Shown here one piece after another: positions 63,765 through 64,000 of a DNA stretch of 64,000 nucleotides (position 1 is its first letter; every line of letters starts with the position of its first letter). Origin of the DNA: a virus (taxonomy: Duplodnaviria; Caudoviricetes); the IMG/VR virus record IMGVR_UViG_2974528942_000001, positions 1 to 64,000 of that record; one strand, given 5' to 3'. Position numbers and translations under genes: made by a program. The notes under the pieces were generated by a model. It was not told the origin of the DNA. It saw nothing but the letters and a program-made list of their open reading frames with translations, and did not search any database.

Positions 63765-64000
63765 TTACCTCAATCGCTTGCCCAGGTGCTCAACCACAGT
63801 GCGGTAATCAGACGGACCATCCACCCGCACAGTCTCGAGTCCGTGCTTGGTGGGCGAGTCCGTGCCTGCGCCCACACCGAGCACCGTGTAGCGCTGGCGC
63901 TTGCACAACTCCAACTCGTCCTTGAGAATGTCGAGCTCTTCGTTGTAGTTGGAAGCGGGCATGGCTCCGTCGGTGTAGTACATGATGATCTTCTCGGTGG
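63765..64000 (-). CDS. C-terminus of CobT-like von Willebrand A domain protein (partial)
   Basis: Frame open to window edge: KIIMYYTDG...VLGVGAG. Confidence 0.6.
   Translation of the reverse strand, partial: TEKIIMYYTDGAMPASNYNEELDILKDELELCKRQRYTVLGVGAGTDSPTKHGLETVRVDGPSDYRTVVEHLGKRLR

Noticed and set aside
1-64000. tRNA, tmRNA or rRNA genes
   Set aside because: No cloverleaf or T-loop signature noticed in intergenic gaps by eye; tRNAscan-SE/Aragorn would be decisive.

Overview
The window is most of the genome of a tailed dsDNA actinobacteriophage with a long non-contractile tail. WhiB, split lysin A, lysin B and an actinobacterial SSB tail point to a Gordonia/Rhodococcus/Mycobacterium-type host (inference; no cluster assignment possible without a search). 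Layout: (i) 1-1850, a truncated leftward ORF, a palindrome- and CTAG-rich control region and an AT-rich iteron block (probable origin); (ii) 1857-7220 (-), replication operon with an AEP primase and a Zn-finger/helicase; (iii) 7404-42721 (+), packaging, Mu-like head, tail (3027-aa tape measure, -1 frameshifted chaperone) and lysis genes; (iv) 42710-64000 (-), early/DNA-metabolism arm (Cas4-like nuclease, WhiB, DNA methyltransferase, displaced lysin B, MazG-like, RusA, beta clamp, DEDD exonuclease, SNF2 helicase, SSB, HNH, partial CobT-like vWA, many small Cys-rich ORFs). Both edges cut open reading frames. I saw no integrase, repressor, DNA polymerase, tRNA or CRISPR array. All functional calls come from motifs read by eye; no database search was run. 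Best leads: the 466-aa gene coupled to TerL (possible degenerate TGT/DpdA-like barrel fused to a small-terminase-like region), an SGNH-hydrolase fibre gene among the head genes, a set of regulatory motifs (perfect CRP box, -35 hexamers in inverted-repeat loops, hairpins sharing a loop motif plus a Com-like Zn protein), and an SSB ending in the host-type DDEPPF tail.
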